A program made the translations under genes and the position numbers. Shown one piece after another: positions 39,305 through 40,353 of a stretch of DNA of 40,353 nt; position 1 is the first letter of the stretch, and each line of letters begins with the position of its first letter. A model generated the notes under the pieces. The model saw only the letters and a program-made list of their open reading frames with translations, was not told the origin of the DNA and did no database searches. Origin of the DNA: Gemmatimonadaceae bacterium (GTDB lineage Bacteria; Gemmatimonadota; Gemmatimonadetes; Gemmatimonadales; Gemmatimonadaceae); contig JBDSVW010000213.1 in the NCBI GenBank assembly GCA_039927015.1, positions 1 through 40,353 on the forward strand. The letters are read 5' to 3'.

Positions 39305-39502
39305 ATGTGCGCTCGAGCCGCTGTAGATGTGTTGTCATTAATAGGGGTGCCCTGCCCCTCCCAGGGCGTACCCCGATCGCTGTGGTGCACTCGCGGGGCC
39401 GCCCCCGGGTGCCGTGCGGCGGATGCAGGGACGTCGAGGTGTACCGCGCTGGGAGGTCCGGGCTGACATGACTCGCCGTACGTTGCAATGCACACACCAC
39501 GA

Positions 39503-39528
39503 AACCCACCCGATACTCTGGGTGGGTC
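39503..39528 (-). terminator. Terminator hairpin downstream of tRNA-Arg
   Basis: On the minus strand: ACCCACCC-AGAGTATC-GGGTGGGT followed by TTCGTGGTGTGTG, starting 9 nt after the tRNA 3' end. Confidence 0.55.
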
Positions 39529-39536
39529 TCGGTAGG

Positions 39537-39610
39537 TGCCCTTGGCGAGATTCGAACTCACGACCCCTCATTTAGGAAACGAGTGCTCTATCCATCTGAG
39601 CTACAAGGGC
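39537..39610 (-). tRNA. tRNA-Arg (anticodon CCT)
   Basis: Minus-strand read: GCCCTTG TA GCTC AGATGGATA GAGC A CTCGT TTCCTAA ATGAG GGGTC GTGAG TTCGAAT CTCGC CAAGGGC A. This gives a full cloverleaf, a canonical T-loop and anticodon CCT. The CCA end is not encoded. Confidence 0.9.
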
Positions 39611-39618
39611 TGAAATGT

Positions 39619-39690
39619 TCGCTCCTCGATACTGCTCGAAGGAGTAACAATCTACGGCACCGCAGCTCGGTCCATCTGAGCTACGGGGGC
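39619..39690 (-). pseudogene. tRNA-sized degenerate element: intact tRNA-like 5' half, non-tRNA 3' half
   Basis: Minus-strand read: GCCCCCG TA GCTC AGATGGACC GAGC T GCGGT GCCGTAG ATTGT.... The acceptor 5' strand and D-arm are canonical and close to the neighbouring tRNA-Arg. However, position 33 is C, there is no TTCGAAT T-loop, and no 3' strand is complementary to GCCCCCG. In place of the T-arm there is an 8-bp hairpin, CTCC-T-TCGA GCAGTA TCGA-GGAG (39623-39644). Confidence 0.6.
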
Positions 39691-39749
39691 TGTCGTCATG
39701 CGCTCGGAATTTACTTGCTCCGCCGAGGGGGGTAAAGGCAGCGGAACCG

Positions 39750-40271
39750 CTACGCGTAGGCGATCACACTCTCCACGCGGTGGGGATCCAGGCGCGCCCT
39801 CCCGCCGAGGAAGCCGAGTTCGAGCAGGAACGCGTGACCCGCGATCGTCGCGCCGAGGCCCTCCGCGAGCCTGACCGCCGCGCAAGCGGTCCCACCCGTC
39901 GCCAGTACGTCGTCGATGATCAACACCCTGCACGACGACGTCAGCGCATCCGTGTGGATCTCCAGGACATCGGTGCCGTACTCCAGCGCATACTCCTCGC
40001 GCGACGTCTGGTGGGGCAGCTTGCCCTGCTTCCGGATCGGCACGAGGCCGGTACCTAACGAAATGGCCACCGGACCGCCCAGCAGAAACCCGCGGCTCTC
40101 GATCGAGACCACGTGCGTCACTCCCGACTCCCGGTACGGCGCCGCGAGCGCCTCGCACGCCGCGCGGTACAGTTCCGCACTGGCCAGCAGGGGCGTGATG
40201 TCCTTGAACAGGATCCCCGGTTTGGGATAGTCGACCACGTCCCGCACTGCCGCACGAAGTCGCGCCTCCAT
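39750..40271 (-). CDS. apt: Adenine phosphoribosyltransferase
   Basis: DYPKPGILFKDITPLL, ESRGFLLGGPVA, EYALEYGTD, PRPP loop VLIIDDVLATGGT. The ORF is open to ATG 40304, but ATG 40271 is preceded by GGGGGAG at Shine-Dalgarno distance and aligns better with the usual Apt N-terminus. Confidence 0.92.
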   Translation of the reverse strand: MEARLRAAVRDVVDYPKPGILFKDITPLLASAELYRAACEALAAPYRESGVTHVVSIESRGFLLGGPVAISLGTGLVPIRKQGKLPHQTSREEYALEYGTDVLEIHTDALTSSCRVLIIDDVLATGGTACAAVRLAEGLGATIAGHAFLLELGFLGGRARLDPHRVESVIAYA

Positions 40272-40353
40272 CGCGCGCTCCCCCGCTGACGCGCGTCCGC
40301 TCATTTCAGAATCGTGAACGGATGGGGAAGCTCGAGCGACGACTGCGGCGGTA

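Noticed and set aside
39106-39561. 151-aa minus-strand ORF, and the 39303-39571 ORFs, between the AP2-like gene and tRNA-Arg.
   Set aside because: They overlap the AP2-like CDS, its terminator, the tRNA terminator and the tRNA itself. Their composition is Pro/Arg/Gly/Ser-rich, with no start context.

Overview
High-GC window (about two-thirds G+C by eye, not computed). It is densely packed, almost entirely plus-strand, and mostly core metabolism and envelope biogenesis of an LPS-making diderm bacterium. Futalosine menaquinone genes, UPF0182, YfhO and a kds-lpt-rpoN block are reminiscent of Gemmatimonadota, but that is only a guess.

Gene order: nuoN (3' part) | PMM/PGM | UPF0182 | sucC-sucD-ndk | yceD-rpmF-plsX-fabH-fabD-fabG-acpP-fabF | mqnE-mqnA-mqnC | ispF | dedA-xerD | trpG/pabA | kdsB-pyrG-kdsA-kdsC-kdsD-lptC-lptA-lptB-rpoN | GT2(TM)-GT4-UPF0104-YfhO-GT2(Ppm1-like)-dapF | ~1 kb without a credible CDS | TM-anchored TPR protein (minus) | AP2-like DNA-binding protein (plus) | tRNA-Arg(CCT) and a degenerate tRNA-sized element (minus) | apt (minus).

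No CRISPR array, transposase, integrase other than XerD-like, toxin-antitoxin pair or recognisable defence system was seen. Most long antisense ORFs in the six-frame track are high-GC artefacts.

Best candidates for undescribed biology:
1. A five-gene polyprenyl-phosphate-sugar / flippase-like / YfhO (GT-C) glycosylation module attached downstream of rpoN.
2. An atypical Lpt bridge: lipoprotein LptC, a triple-length lipoprotein OstA/LptA protein, and LptB with a ~150-170 aa N-terminal extension of unknown function.
3. The dapF-apt islet: an ORF-poor, structured 1 kb segment, a lower-GC AP2-like gene and a half-decayed tRNA.

All family calls come from reading motifs in the translations. No searches or folding programs were run.
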